Positions 37,431 through 53,900 of a DNA stretch of 64,000 nucleotides are shown here, piece by piece (the first letter of the stretch is position 1; each line of letters opens with the position of its first letter). Position numbers and translations under genes: made by a program. This DNA comes from Ylistrum balloti (lineage: Eukaryota), in NCBI RefSeq assembly GCF_031769215.1, contig NW_026782016.1, forward strand, positions 1,488,001 to 1,552,000, given 5' to 3'. Under the pieces are notes generated by a model that saw nothing but the letters and a program-made list of their open reading frames with translations, was not told the DNA's origin and ran no database searches.

Positions 37431-38469
37431 CAGTCTCCTCTTAAAGAAGTCCTGAAATGGAATAAAAGAGGACTAGAATACATATCGGCTTGCTCAGGTG
37501 TAATGGTGAATGAACCGAGTTCAGACCTACCTGTCTACGAATGTCTATTTGTAGCACGATGTACACGTATGTATGCAACTTCAAAACACACCTGTTTCCG
37601 TCGGTTTAAATCGTTAAGTTCACAATAAATACAATACCATTCTCAAACATATGGTATACAGTGCTTACCGAAATGACCGCTAGAAATAGCGATATAAAAC
37701 TTAAAATGACCACACAAATCTTCACACGTCTTCACGGTTCATTCATCACGTGACGTTAAATCAAGATAGTTAAAACACATTTGTAATTTTATATTGGAGA
37801 AAAATAGTATTTCCATTAAGCGGTACACATTAACAATTTGATATAAAATGCTGGTAAGCAAGTTATTGTCTTTTTTCGAATTATTGGTTACAGAAATACT
37901 ATTATCCGGCTTCAATTTGGACATAATATATACCAACCATAACAACTAAGTGAAATAAATAGCTGCAGTATCTTTTCGTATTATAATCTATCATTACCAT
38001 TATGAAAACAAACTTGATATAATGTTATATATTAGTACCAAACTAAATACACAGCATTTTCTACATTCATACCAAAATTGCTTAGTCAAAAGGACCTTTC
38101 AGCCTTATTGATACGTCAACATATTTAATACGAAGTCTAAGGTGGAAATTTTTGGCAAATCTGTACTGTAACTAGTTAGTCTTGTTATACTTCTTATTTC
38201 TCACATCAAGTCTTACACAAAAGAGATATACAGCACTCTGGAAGTAATCAAACAAGTGATTTTCTGTTAAAAAAGACTTTCCGTTTAATTATTATTTTTT
38301 TAACTGATGATGTAAAAAAACATGTTGCTTTCCAAAAACCCGAGGAAAATGTTTTGCTATCTTGCTATTAATTTGAAGTTTGTGTTCGTTTTTCTTTTTT
38401 TTCGAATTTTCCTCAATATTGTAAGCGTTATCTCCCTTTATACAAGAATGACCTTTGTGACCTCTGTGC

Positions 38470-38607
38470 GGGCACCTGCTACCGGAAGCTGTGTAACACA
38501 CTAATGATGTTACGCATGCTCGACAACAATATCAATATGGCGACTAAACACTGAAGTCTTACTCATGTTGTGTGTATTTCAGCGTTGTTGGTGGCATTTT
38601 AAGCGCG
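38470..38607 (+). promoter_or_regulatory. Putative SLAIN promoter/5' UTR
   Basis: ETS-like CCGGAAG at about 38481 and YY1-like AATATGGCG at about 38535, just upstream of the start codon. The TSS is not determinable from sequence. Confidence 0.35.
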
Positions 38608-38900
38608 ATGGATTCAACCGATTCAATGGTCGACCCTCAAGCGGAAGTTCAAAAGTTGCAAGACCTTGTAAAGAAGCTTGAGAAACAGAATGAAGTGTTA
38701 CGTGACCGACAAAAACTTCAACTTGAGTCATTGCAAAATGGGGAAATAGAACCAGTGAAGTTTTTGCCAAACCATAACAATAATATATCAGATAAATATA
38801 ACATTGACAAATCTAGGACGAAATCTGATTCTAGTGATGCTTTTGAAGATGAAGTAATAGACCTAGAGAAACTTTCCTTAAAGGATGATGAAGACAGTTG
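38608..38900 (+). CDS. SLAIN: SLAIN exon 1
   Basis: MDSTDSMVDPQAEVQKLQDLVKKLEKQNEVLR...DDEDSW; donor GTAAGT. Confidence 0.95.
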
Positions 38901-41900
38901 GTAAGTTTGATTACTGAACGGCACAACACAGGATTGTCTGGGCACACTTTCACAATAGTGCCTTGAAAGCTAGACAAGTTATTAATTTGGACTAATTGCA
39001 TATATTCTTTATAGATATTTCACGATCTGTTTGAACACGTCATATCTGTATATTGCAATGACCCAAAATCTCTGTATAGGCCGGCTTTAATATACAGTAG
39101 ATCTAGATGTATAACAGCTTGTAACGTCACATGTCATGATCACAATGAGACACAACTTAATTGTTCAGGATTTTAGAAACCATAATCACGACCATATCTC
39201 TATGATGATATACTGTATCCTAAGTTTTATGCTGCCCTTTTGCATTTCATCAGATACGAGATATTTTGAGGACAAGTATTTATATATATTGTAAAGAGAA
39301 ATGGATATAGCTATCAGACATCACTTTTCAAAGTACCTAATATTATCAAATTCTGTGACCAAAGAAAACTTTGGTTATCAATGTATTCATTTTTGTTGAC
39401 TTCATCCAACTATCATATTTAGACATCCATCTTTTTGTATCTGATTTATCTTATTAATGACATTTGATTTATCACTTCAGATTATTATTGCAACAGGAAT
39501 TGATTTTGCATTGTTTATCCTCTACTACTTTCTGCAGGTCAGCAGTTTATTTGTAAATGTCATTGCATATGTAAAAGAGACATAAACTTTGCCATTTTAG
39601 ATGGAAAAGGGACAGTAATTTTATAAATGTACATTTTCATTGTTGTATGATCAGGTTTTAACAGATATCTGTTGAATCAACTAAACATATATACCTACCT
39701 GTTTATTAAAGCCATTCAGTCATTTCATCTCGCATAATTGTAAGCACGATGCCACTTTACTTGATTTCATTCATGATTGTTGGTAATTATATGTAATTAG
39801 TATAAATAATTTAACATGCTTTTAACAAATCTTTGAGAAATTTTCAACACCAAACATGTAGGATATTGTTATTAACTAAGAAAACACTGACAGGAGTTTA
39901 TGTGATTGTCGACCAGTTATTTGCCATCTTTGGATCTTGTGCACTAGATTAAAGATAGAAAACTTTTGTCAAAATATAGTTTTTATAATGATTTCAGGAG
40001 CAAAGATCATAGCGTAGCAGTGGAATGTGTCTTAAGGGAGAAAAATTATACCTTTCAGCTTCTTAAATTCTTCTCATAAAGAGTACATTAATTTAAAGTT
40101 AGTGCACTTAACTAAGGAATTATTTGATAGAATATTCATCACTCTGTTGTTTTGCTTATAATTAATTCTTCATTAATGAAGAACCACCTGCTTAAATAAT
40201 CCCTGTTTAAAGACAATTCTTTCTCTAGTTTTCACCAATTTTCAGAATTTTCATCATATGTATACATGCATGTAAACATGTTGCACATTTTGAAATTTGG
40301 CATTAAGCCTCTTACACATATATATCTTTTAAGTTTTAAAAACAAACAGAATATACACATCAAATGTAAAATCTGAAAAGTTGAGTTAAATGTGTATTGG
40401 TGGTACATTGTGTATAAATGTTTGAAAATAGTTTTGATGTTATTAAAGGCTATTGGATTCAACCATCATATTTATATAAAAATTATATGTAAAAAAGACC
40501 TGATGCATATACATATTCTCATTATGTCGTGTAATTTTCACTCCTAGAGTCAATAAGATATTTATGACATGAATAAATACCACCTAAAGTATGCACTCCA
40601 TAGTTACACTTTTTGATTCATATTGAGTGCATGGACGGAACTATGGGAGATCAGGTCTGTTAATACATTTTCAGTTTGTAACTAATCCTATTTAAATTTA
40701 CCAGTATGTTATAAAAGTGTTAAATTCTTGCAGGTGACAGGTCTGTTGATTATTAGTATATATGTCCATATCTATTAATTACTTGAGGTTCAATAAATAT
40801 TGTTTACTTGTAATATATCTGGAGTTGGTACAATGAATAAGATATTTATAGGCAATTACATAGTAAACCATTTTAAGCAACATAACTTAATCATTTGTAA
40901 GGTTTAATTTTCATGGCATTCAGTACTCTTTCAATTGGGAATCAGTCTGACTACAAAATTGACATTTCACTTAAGACTTTTTGACTTTGTGTGATTTTAC
41001 TTATTAAATTATCAAATGTCAAGGGTTGCATGAAGGCCCTTATGTTTTTAATCATTTTATGAGTAAACACAATGAATTTCATTTTTTTTATCATTGTACA
41101 TGTGCATATAATGCGAAGCTGTGATACCAATGATATCTCTACCAGTGCTCTTGATGTTATTACATTCACAAAATCCAATAGATAGTATTAACTCTGATGG
41201 AGATTGCTGAGATATATTTTATTATAGTCTAAATATGGTAAATCGTATGTCCAGTGGAGCTATTAGTATTGAATCAGGAGTTCTAACATTTCAAATCAGA
41301 CATATAGGTCACTGTTAAAGATGTTGGTAATACCAGGTACACAGTGCCTGTGTTGGGCTCCAAACCATTTCTGTCTGTGTGGACTCAGAGATGGTGATGG
41401 GTGGTGATTAACAGGTGCTGTGTTCCTAGTAATTACTGACAAATTGAGTCTGACTACATCTGTTTGGATCATCTAGACTCATAAACATGTTCCGTATGTA
41501 TGGTGAGCCTTAAAACATTACTGTATCACTGTTAGAGAAATTCTTGGCTCAGTTTGAGTAGAATGGTGATTCCTTCAGTAACTGCACACGTTTACTGATT
41601 GTTCAAATTATATTATAAATTACTAGTATATCAGACCTGATATTGAAGTAACAATAACTATCTCATATAATAATAAATGCCTTGAATCCTCAATGGTCAA
41701 GGTACAGTATTATAAGACATATACAAAGGAAGAGACAACTATAGCTCAACTGTGGTGCTCTCCACATGACAAAAGCAAGATTTGTCAAATATATTAAAAA
41801 ATAGTAAAATTAGGTGAATAACTTATACCATGGTACAACAATACAGTATATGTATATTAATGATAGGTGCATCCTTAGGGTTATTCAATTTACAAGCCCA

Positions 41901-44900
41901 CCTCCAGCTTCCTATACACTGATTCAGGTAAGATTATTGACCCCTGGAATTCCTTCAGGATAAATACAACTATAATAAATGATCACATAGAATGATAGTT
42001 ATGCTACTAAATCTTTAACAAAATTTGTAACATATGTAAATACTCCCATTCTTCTAAAGGAATTAAGAGTTTTATATTCAGAGCCAAAACATTGAATGAG
42101 GCCATATATATCTGTCCACTTTGTTTTTTTCACAGTTGACCTGGTACCCCATATCGTTTTGCATTGCCACCTATTTTGGTATACATATTTTAACCACTCC
42201 TTATTGTTTATAATTATTCAGCTAGCTGGTTTGAGAACTAAGTTACATATGCAAATTGTTCTACTTGTAATTGTTGTAAGTATGTTATACTGTACAAACA
42301 TATGTGGGGTTTTTTTTGTATTATGCAATTTTAAAAAGCTTAAAACTTTATGGTTAATATGATTATGTAATTCTCTGTACCTGTTATACTGGACAATAGG
42401 TAGAAATATTTCTGCAGGGTTGTTGCAGTGTATGTACAGCTAACCAATACCATGTAATTACCATACTGCTACATCTCTGCACGTCACCACCTCATGATCA
42501 GTTGGTTTTTTTTTTTCACTTTAAAACCTTCATCATCTTAAGATAATGGTACATGCCAGTTGCAACTTATATGAATTCAAGTTGTATTTAAATGCATGCA
42601 AACAAATCAACTTAGATAAAAAGTGAAAATATATATTGCTTGTAGACAAACTGCAAGGTGATGTGGGATCTTAATCATACAAGTTTTTATTTCATTAAGG
42701 TTTATCTATGAAAATTTCACATTTTAAGAAAGTGAGCAGGTAAAGGCTTCCTTTTGAAACAAATTTAATGTCCTCTTTATTATACTTTCTTATTTGCAAA
42801 TTAAAGTCACAAACCTGATCAAACTGAACGACTTCTTCAGTACACTTTTATGCATGTATATAAATACCAATATATTTAATATTCATTGTGAAACCATAAT
42901 TACTGTATGTCTCATTATAGATATATACAGTACAAGTTTATGGTCCTATACAAAAGCATTACATGATTGTCCTAATAATGACCATGGCATGGTAATTAGC
43001 CAATGGTAATCATATTTCATGTATAGATCAGTGACACAGTATTATAAATTTTTTCGTTGTTATCAATAATTATCTTATAATAATAGATTCACATGAGAAT
43101 AGGTCTATAGATACATTAAGGAGATATATTGTCATTGTAAACATATGGTGTAAACAAAGACTTATACCTCAATGTTATAATGTGATATAATGATATAATG
43201 ATAATAATATAATCATGATCATTAACTATGTATACTATGTACATTGTTTAAGTCATTCATAATTAAACATTGTAACAATTTGAAAACATACAATCATTGG
43301 AGATGGGGGTGAGTTTGTTCAAACAATTATCAACACTAGATACATTGTATTTCTCCTGTAGAATGCACAGTTATTTACAAGTACAGATATCAAATAGATA
43401 GATATATTATCTATTAACACAAACATACCTGTAAATGTTGTAACAGTACTACCTTTGACCTGTGACCTAAAGTTTTGACCCTGTAATACAACACCACATA
43501 CATCAACCATTTTTACATTATGCTATCACTAATTAAGGCAATAAATATCATATTTATGTAACACATAAACAAAATATCAATGAAACAGCAGCTGCTTATC
43601 AGAATATTAACGTTTGTTGAAATGACAACATTAGATATACCATAAAAAAGTATACTCATGATCATGTGTCAGATTTTATCTTGGCTGTTAACTGATACTG
43701 GTAAGAGTATATATCAGCACCCCAAATCATATACCAGTACATCGTTACTGTACATATTTAAATTACATACATGTGTATCTGATGTGAAATTTATGTTAAA
43801 CATTGATGACTACTTTTTTCAGACCAGATATACAGCACATGTGTTTGTGTTTTGTTATAAAATGCTAGCTGTATCCTTTATGTATATACCAACTCCCCAT
43901 GACTAGTATTTTTTAAAACTAGTTTTGAAAATAATGTACATTGTGTACTTGTAGATATCAAAGATTACTGGACACATTGGAGGTCCTATAAGGAGTATAT
44001 GTCCAGAGGAAGGAGTACGTTTTGTAATTGGAAAGAAATGACCTCTGTCACCTCATTTTCTTTAATTTATTCCTCAGGCTGTACTCATCACCCAAGCCCC
44101 CTACGCCCTTACAGTCTCGAGTCAGTCCATACAAATGGGTGCGACAGGAGTTCGACCATCCGAGTCCAGAGGTGGAATCTGTTCGCAAATCCCTCATCCA
44201 CAGACTTGATGAGGCAGCACGCAGTATGTATACAGAAAGCACCAACAGAATATACCTACTGTTGTTAAATGTTTAAAACAATCAAACATCATAGGGATTA
44301 GTATTTCATTGTAAATCCAAATGTACACTATATATAGGAATATGTCTTAACACAATATGTATACTCTCAGTTAAAACTATTTAACAAATTTTTTTTAAAG
44401 GAAAAGCTAAATTAGTATTTGAATTAATTTGACTTTTGTTCCCAAGTTAAAAAATGGTCTTTTGAGGTAAATATAAAAATGAAATCCTCAAAATTTTAAC
44501 TTGAGAATCATAACCGTCAGTTTAAAATTGTTCTCAGTACAAAATAAAAATGTATTACCTTTTCAGTAATAACCAGTACTTATCTTATAAATGTTATATT
44601 TCGTGACAAGAATTTGGCTCAAGAATTTTAAAAAAGTTGATTTGAACCGTGCAATTTTTACAATGATTAGGAAAATTAGTGTATATTTATGTGGTGATAA
44701 TGTGTTTAGTGTTTAAATAATGTAAAGACCAGTTTAAGTTGTAAACCTATAAGGTTAATTAGGTACGTGTGTCAATTGAATACATGTATCTTACACACTA
44801 TCAAACTCTGTATAGGTATAGTGTACATCCACAAAAACTACACATACACATACACTGGTATAGAGTTTGTGCATGAGGATGTCCTCGGAGACTAGATCAG

Positions 44901-47900
44901 ACTTGGCTTTAGTGATGGTAATGCATGGAGGTAGTAGGAAGCAAATAAATTCTGTCTGCTAGCGCGTGAGACTAATCATAGTGATATATATTTATTACAG
45001 AAATTATGACAATCGTATTTATCTATTATCGTACATGGAAATCCTCCGAGGAATTCATCATATACTGCACTTTATACCTATAGTGAAAACTAACAATAAT
45101 TTATTCAAAGTTGGCAATGAAACCATCCAAATAGCCTTTTGAAGCATAGAAATAAAAAAGTCCCCATATTTTCAGAAATATGCCAATCCAAATTATACAG
45201 AAGGACCCTGTTTAATTTTAAATGAACTCTCTGAATTGATCCATGTATAAATGTTTTATGAAAATAGCAACATACAAAAAAAATGAGATGTAATGTTGCC
45301 ACATACAGACCTACTACAGGTTTAGACTTTCTGTTGTATAATACTGAACATGTGTTATAGATGGAATTTAATTGCAGTCATTTTAGAAGTGGAAAAGCTA
45401 GGGAAGTGAGACAGCTAATAAATAACCAACAATAGATCTAACCACTGGCCCAAAACATTACTGCTTATTCAGAGAAGAGGGTGGGCTTATTATAGTACAA
45501 TGATATAGTATCTGCTGTGATTTATACTGAAACTTTCTATGGCTGCGAGTAGGCTTAACACCATACATGAAGTTTGTTTTCAGATATCACAACAGATATT
45601 GTAATTTACCATCATCTTCTCAGTGATGTATATACATATATATGTTTCCACCAACAAGAAACATTGTTATGTTAGATTAATTACTGCATTTCTGCAAACA
45701 CCTCCTACTCAATTGCCTACTGGTATATATTAAAGACCTGGCAAAATTAATGTTATGACAGCGATTGTTTTTATAGACAGACAATCAAAACAACGAAGTA
45801 CACATATATTGTGAAGATAATCAGGTTGTGGCTTGAAATATTTTGTATATTTTGTGTACTTATATGATAGTTTTTTTTTGTCTCTTAATAAATATTTCAG
45901 ATAGAAGAACTAGATTCATGAACACGTTGTGTTTTCATAATACCTGCTCACTCTATACCAGGAAAATATACAGACTCGGTACATGTGTCTTGAAAAACAT
46001 GTACGCTGGCATATACCGAATTTCTTCACAATGTCGGAAATGTAGTTGTGTCAATGAGAAAATCATAACTTACTTACCAGTTACAATTAATATAATTTTA
46101 TAAAAATTACATTACAATAGACAGAACAGATACAATAATGCTACACGATCCATGTACATTAACATGACTATAAATACATGTGCACTTGGAGAGAATTGTG
46201 TGTTTTCCCCATAAACAATCAGTTAATATATTGTTCGACTACAGCTTATAACCAATTTCCTTTCCCATACATTATTGGCTATGTTTCGTGTTTAAAAAAC
46301 ATATTTTTGAATTTCAGGAGAAAGTGAGGATGCCAGTAAGTGTATTGTGTGTTCTAGATATTGACCCTATCATGTCCCCTCCACATTTCTGTGGGATGTA
46401 CTGGTTTTCCTGAGTGCTGTTCTGTAGTCTGTAGTTTTCACTCACACAGGATATACCAACCTTCACAATAAATACATGATGCTTACATCCACAATCAATA
46501 GCTACAAGCTAGATGGGGTTTGGAGTGAGAATATAAACATTTAAGCCATGTCTGTAACAAGACATGTTACAATATGTAGATTGATGAGTATATGGTGATA
46601 TTAATTAGGTGGTTGTGTGATTATAATAGTAAAACATGTAATAGGTCTGTTTTTGTAATACATAACCCTTAAGGTATAATAATGATAAAGACTGCTAATT
46701 AAGGCCAGAGAGAAAATGCAATCAGCTTGTTAAAACATTGTTTATAAATGTACATGTTATAGTACACTTTTAGTTGGGGTACTAAATTAACTTAACTTAT
46801 CTTTCTACACTGTTGGATTTAATACTCTCTAATTAATACCTTTGTTTTTCAACACTGAGCAATTTTGGAAGAATGGTTTCAATATTAATCTATACTTGTG
46901 ATTTCAGCTACAGTTTTATTTGTCAATACTTGTCCTTCCATGTTTTTTCAATGCTGATTTTACTGAAAACTTATACCATATCTAAACTCCCAATTAATTG
47001 GAAGTCTAGCTTATGAAACAAGTTTCTGTATCATAATTTGTGTTTGACTGGCTACCAGTCACAAAATTTCTGACAACAGCTTATCTCCCCTTAGTTTGAA
47101 ACTTCTGATAAGAGAGACCAAAATTATTATTTACAATTTTGGTATTCTGGAGATAAGGGCCAGTCTGAATTTGTGTGTCGTCAATATCCAGATTTCAGTA
47201 GTGTAGTGTCTTCTAGAAATGGTTTCTGTAAAAGGTATGTTTTCATTTAGAATTTAGATAACTTTGTTCTTTGTAGAAGTGTGTCTCGAATAAAATGATC
47301 TTGTCTGATAGGTCATCATTTCTTACTCATGCAAAATTGTGTACTTTTGATTCACAAAATCAGATTATGTAATAATATAGTTTCAATATTACTAGAAAAA
47401 AATTTTAAAAGACCAATGCCAGTGTGATTGAAAAGTTAACATTTGACCTATAACATCCTTGAAACTCCAGGGGTTACAATCACTTTGCTTTCTGCACCCC
47501 TGGAACATGTCATGGTAAAATTGAAGTTTCTATATGTGACACCTTGTGGACAAGACAAAAAGACTAGTTTGATCCTTTGATGTACATCAAACAAATCTTA
47601 AGGTCAGGGTATATTATAATGGCCTTGAAGTTGGGTGTCACTGATTTATTTTCAGAAGAATAGGTGAGCCAATGATTGGTCAGTCTTTTCCTCCTGGAGC
47701 CAATCAAATTACTTTTATATCTTCAATTTTGCCATGACACAATCCAGGTGTGCAGAGAGCAATATTGATCGTAACTCCTGGAGTTTTATTTTACTAAGGA
47801 TGATGTGTACATCAACAGACCTGTACATGTAATACACATACATGTTCATACAAAATACAGGTACAGCTGAAAGCTTGTACACGTTGAATCAAGTTTTCAA

Positions 47901-50900
47901 CCTCAAATTGATGCACATTGTAATTGAATAAATTTGTTGGAATTGTAACAATTTAGGTAATTACTTCAGCAATTTTCTGCCATTTAACTGACAACTCTGT
48001 AGTTCCAGCATTATACCCCCCACACATGTAGTTAGGAGGAGGGAGGATGGTGTGTAGTAATCACCTTGTGTGGATGCATCTGTAACACAACACTATCTCT
48101 CTTGATAGATTTAGTTTATGTTCACTTCAAAGCCTCACACAGCCAAGTTTTACTCCAGATTACAGGTTTGTTGGTCAATGGTCAAAGTGAAACTGTCACT
48201 GCCTGGATCCCTTTCAATATTAAAGTATTTGTGTATGCTAAGATGACTTGTGAACACCTTGATTTAAAAACATTACAAAAACCAGGGAGTGGAGTGTCGA
48301 TCTGTGTACATCCTTGTTCACTTTGCCTTTGTTATTTCAAGTAGAAGTTACAGAACAACATGCACAATTTCTCTTTACAGTTACTCTGTAAGATTGTGAT
48401 GAGACAACGATTAGATCTAATCAATTATCTAATCCTTTAAGCTCATCTGATATGATGATAGTTTTCATAATTAATCATTGGTACTTCAATATTTTCTTAT
48501 GTCTTACCAAAAACAAAATTCATATCATGCATTACAATAATATTCATTCTTATGCAAATTCTAGGTAAGTGAGGTATTTCAGGTTAAAGTTACAAAAGGA
48601 GAAAATATTACTGTGACAGACTCCGTCTGTGAATATTGAACACACAAACAGTCAACTGCTACAGTAGTAGTGTACATGTATGATCAGGAGGTGTATTGGA
48701 AGGCTCAGTGGATAGTGTAGGGATATAAGAAGGAAGTATATTGGAAGACTCAATGGATAATGTAGATGTATAATCAGGAAGTGCATTGAAAGGCTTAGTG
48801 GATAGTGTAGGTGTATAATCACGAGGTGTATCGGAAGGCTCAATGGTTAGTATAGGTGTATTATCAGGAAATGCATTGGAATGCTCAGTTGATAGATGTA
48901 AGATCAGGATGTGTATTGAAGGCTCAGTGGATAATATGGGTGTATTATGACAGTGTAGGTATATAATCAGGAGGTGCATTGAAAGGCTTAGTGGATAGTA
49001 TAGGCGTATAATCAGGTGTATTGGAAGGCTGGATTAAGCTTGCAGACTGAATGTAGATCTGCAAACTGCCACCTGATATTAAGATTTTGCAGGTTGCCAA
49101 CTTGATGTTTTTTTATCCAGCAGATGTTCCATACCCTTACCAACAAAATGAAAAATTTAAATTAGTGAAAAGTAACGTGGTCATACTGAATTATTGTTTA
49201 AAGATACATTGGCTCATACATGTACATGAATGTAAAAAATAAATGGAATATCTCGACAATTTGCTGTTTTATAATAATCATGGAGTAAATTCCTCACACT
49301 AGTAATTTATAATACTTGTGTGAGATGTTTCTACACTGTCACTATATACTTCAGATGAAAGAAGAAGAGTTTAAAATGTTACCATTGACTGGAGCTGTGA
49401 CCTCTTGGACTCCACATTCCTCTAATTTTACCACTAATGATAATACATGCTGGATTCTTTTCAGTGTCAAGGAGTTGTAGTACGCCTGCTTTCCAGAGCC
49501 TGACTACACCCTCCCCTACACGAGGCTACTCACCAATGAGCCAGTCTGCTGACAGTACTCCTTTGTATAACCATAAGCCTGTGGTCAAAAAGACACATGC
49601 AGGTGAGTTGTCTGGTGTTATCTTCAGAAATACACTGATGTAACAACATGACATTGTAATTTGAAAGCAGTGAAAATTTTTAGGAAAGAACAGTTTAAGA
49701 CATGATCAGAAACTATTTTATTTGTCATGCTTGTACATGCAGTTGAAAGGGTGTATTTTTTTAACTTCTTATACAGTATATATGATACATGGTGATTGTT
49801 TGAATGGATTTGCACTGTAATACTCCCTTGCTATCAAGAGGTCACACTATACAATGGTTTACCATTTACAGGAAAAATCAGTCGCCTTGACACAGGAACA
49901 TTCACACGCCCAAAGAAAAGTCGAGAACCTCCGCCTCCTATTGTTACCCAAGGAAGCTGGAGTAGTCAAGATGATTCACCGCGGAGCGCTGACAGTTACC
50001 GTGACGATGACAAACAACATCCTGATGTGGCAGACATTGAAAACCTTGCAAAACAGCAGGAAGAGAGTATGTTTCAACCAAGATTAAGTATAGTAAAATT
50101 TTGTAAATATATCAGTTCAAAGATAAAATTTCACATGTAGCATTCGTCATTCTGACATAATTTTTTCTTGGGTAAATATTTGCTGGATTACAATAGGTTT
50201 TTAGCTGATTGTATTTGGTGTATGGGATAAGGATGTATTGAACTGCTATTTGTTATTCTCTTTACCAGGTTTGCGACAGAGTTTGAGCCAGACCCAATCA
50301 TCTCCACGGAGAGGTAATTATTCCTGTTATGTTAACACAAATTAGTGTCGGACAAAATCGCAGTAGATCTGAATTCCTGGACACCAAGGTCTGAATTCCT
50401 GGATTTAGCTGCTTGAGGTTCTTTGGTTGCACATTTGGTATCTTAACAAGGAAACTCAAACGATGATTATTTTTTTATCAATTTTACTGTTTATTTTAAA
50501 ATCAAGTGACCATTTAAATAGTGCTCTAATGCTATTTTCATCACAAGCTTAGATACCAAAATGTGGATCAAATATATATCTGGCCGAAAACTACACAACT
50601 CAGAATTATAAATTGGCAATTAAGAGATATGCATAAATAACAAAGAATGACATAAGATAAATGAATCATGGAGTGTTAGGTGAAAACCAACAATAGTGTC
50701 AGTTTGCAAGCTTTCACAGTCATTTAAGTAGTGTTTTTAACACTGTAAGGGAAGCAACTCTCAATACTTTCAGATGAAATAGGTAAGCCCAGTACAGACA
50801 GTATGAAGATCCCGAGTTCAATCCATTGTTTCTAAAATGTTTAGTTTTGTTTTCAAATGCTTATATTTCAAATGCATATGTAGTTACAATTGGTTTTGCA

Positions 50901-53900
50901 AAATATGACACTTTTTAGAAAAGCATGATGGTTTTTTGGATACTGGCACTGGCATTGGTATATAACAGAATGACACCATTTGCTGATGTATTTTTTGCCT
51001 TCAAATTGCAGAAATTCAAATGAAAATAAAATAAATACCTACATGTTTAATTTGTTAGGTTACAGTCAGTAATATCGAAAATGATGGAATTATTAAATAA
51101 AATTGTAGCATGCCTAAAACTTTCACATGTACCCAAATTAATATTCTTTTAACAATGATTCAGCTAGTTCAGCTTTACTGTGGTTCTGAAATTAAAAATA
51201 AATAAATATTTCACACATTTATATTTTTTCTGTGATGACATTTTAAAAGACTGATATTGAAGAAATTGTAGCACCATTTTCTGAGTTCTTACAAAAAAAA
51301 GTTTAAATTACTTATCATATCTTGAGATATTACTACAAGGTGTTGGACAAGTATTCACAGCTTTGTCCATAGATGAAAATTTTGTGTAACTATCGAATTA
51401 CTGACATTTAGAGGTAAAGGTGATTAATACTGTCAGTCATAAGGACTGAGAAAATTAATGTTCTATATCTATCATTACAACTAATCATTAGATAGACCTG
51501 TTAAAATAAATCTAGACACGCAAAATTAAGTTCTCAAATGAATAAAAACATGACCATTTGTTGTAAAGCAGATGAAATATTTCTAATAAATTATATGAAA
51601 ATTTCTGCCCCGCTGTATTTAGCGTTCTGATATACATTTAAACAATGATAAGAACATTTTAACATTTTTGCATATACATACATTATGTATGTTGAAATTC
51701 CTATTTAAACTGACATTAGTATATTGAGTTTAGTCAACCTGCTTTAATGTACTGGTAATCAAGCTAGGTCATTCTGAATCGTCTCCAGTAATGCTAGCTG
51801 TGGTGCAATTTTTTCATGTCAATTTCTTCCTCTTTGTCCAATCATCACAGGAAAACGGTCTCGGCAACCTGCTCAATCTGTTGCCGGGGGTAACAATGAT
51901 ATAGATAACAGTGCCTCAAATATGGGTTCAAATCGTTCCAGTCCCTGTAGGCAAGATGGTAAGAGGTCATGGGGTCATAAGGTCCCACGCATGATTAGCT
52001 GCTTCAGTGGTTTGGTGTCCCGAGAGAATGATTTCATGTGATTTAAGCATGATAACTTAGGAAGTTACCTTGTGAGTTAGTAGTTACCAGGTACACAGGG
52101 CTGAGGGGACCTGATGCATGCTGTAATGGAGATATGCTTTCATTGTGTTCCGTTGTAGTTATAGTGACAGAATTATTTGTTCACCTTGTCCTGAAGTATT
52201 TTTATAAACACTGGTATATTTTAGGTGTAAGGAATGTACCAATATCTGCATTTCCAGGTAAATTAGATCTATGTGATAATAACATGGATGTTGTGGTTGA
52301 CTGTTCCACTTATACATATAGGAAGTAGAGGTATATCTTATTCAAATTTTTTTTTTTATGAAAATTTTTTTTTTTTTAATGCCTAGTAATCAAGAATCAA
52401 ATGAATCTTGGTACACTTTATACATGTATTCACTATTCAGAAACTGATTTATGTTATTCTATAACTAGTCCTTTCAGAGTAATTATCATTAACTTAATTT
52501 CAGGGTTATTTGTCATGTAATACTATTAGTACTCCGTACAGGTCATACAATACCTGAAATCCCTATACATGTCTGTTATGGTGAGAATGTAGAAGAAATT
52601 TTCATTTCCATCCCAGAATATTAAAATCTTTCACCACTCATAAAACATGATTAATTTCGAGATTGTTGACCTATTGCTTACTATAGCTATATGTTGTATA
52701 CATACTTGTGATGTAAATTCTAGTTCACTCCAGTGATGGAGTGGCTGGAGTAAGTGTTGTGGCTGTTGATAGTATGTTAAAAATCTGTGTGTCTCCTATT
52801 TGGTGTTGTGTTGTTCATGTTGTACCGTCGAGTCCTGTGTTTCTGAATAATAGGTAGAGGTGGAATACGGTCATATTTATATACTGGGTGGACAATCTGT
52901 GATTCTACAAATTGTATGAATTATAATTTGGTATGCTTAAATACAGATGTCACTAAAATTGAGTGTTCCACCCCACCTACATGTAACTCTATGTCTGGAC
53001 CAGCCTTTTTTTATGATGTTTTAACTGATTTTGTACCAGTTGTAATCAGGTAGTAGATGCATCGTAATTGTCTGAGCTGTATTAATATACCATATACATT
53101 GTTTTTTGTATATATATGTATGTATAGATATGTATTAATATGTGATCATGAAGTATTGAATTATATGCCTTCTCCAAATAGTCATTAAGTCACAGTCTGA
53201 ACAGCTTAATATCTGTATTGTCTTTAAAATCCTTTTGGTAATTTTTCTATATAAAGCTGATCATATTCATCCTTCGTTAATTACCTCTTTTGGAAAACGG
53301 TTTAACCAGCTCAGTGTATCTGGGAAAATAGACTTGGAGTTTAAATGTACTTCCTTTTTGAAAACGAGATTACCATTTGATTTAGGTCTGTTGGTCTACT
53401 ACTTATTGGAAGCGAGTCCTGCAATTTTGTTTTCTTCAGAATCTGTGTGAATAGTTGTACATCATCGATATAGACTGACATAGAAATATGTTGATCTAGA
53501 AGTTTTTGCCTAGGCACAAGTTACTGAAGCTATTTGATTTACAGGTGAGCGTAGGAATAGTCAGACTAACAGTATAGGGTCTGACATCAGTAGTCCTCCT
53601 GACAGTCCTTATGGAAGTCAATACCTGAATCCTCAAAACCAAGGTATGTGTGATTCACCAGCCTCACAATGCATTTTCATATTCCTCTGTATGATATAGT
53701 GATAGATCTACATGTTAGTCCTTAGTCCTGTACTGAGAGAGTATGGATGGGACTCGTAGAATTTCTGAAAGCATTAAAAAATTTTTATGGTGGGACCAGT
53801 TTTTTTTTTAACAATTAAGTAAAAAAGGGCTCCTGAAAATGAATTGTAGATTGATTACTGTACACATTATGAAACCATTCCACTGAATGTAGAAATTAAT

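Noticed and set aside
45901-45978. Extra SLAIN exon after a tttcAG acceptor
   Set aside because: The donor is weak, there is no SLAIN-like content, and exons 2 and 3 join in frame without it.
48652-48979. ORFs of 63 and 106 aa
   Set aside because: They are readings through the 45-bp minisatellite in a SLAIN intron.
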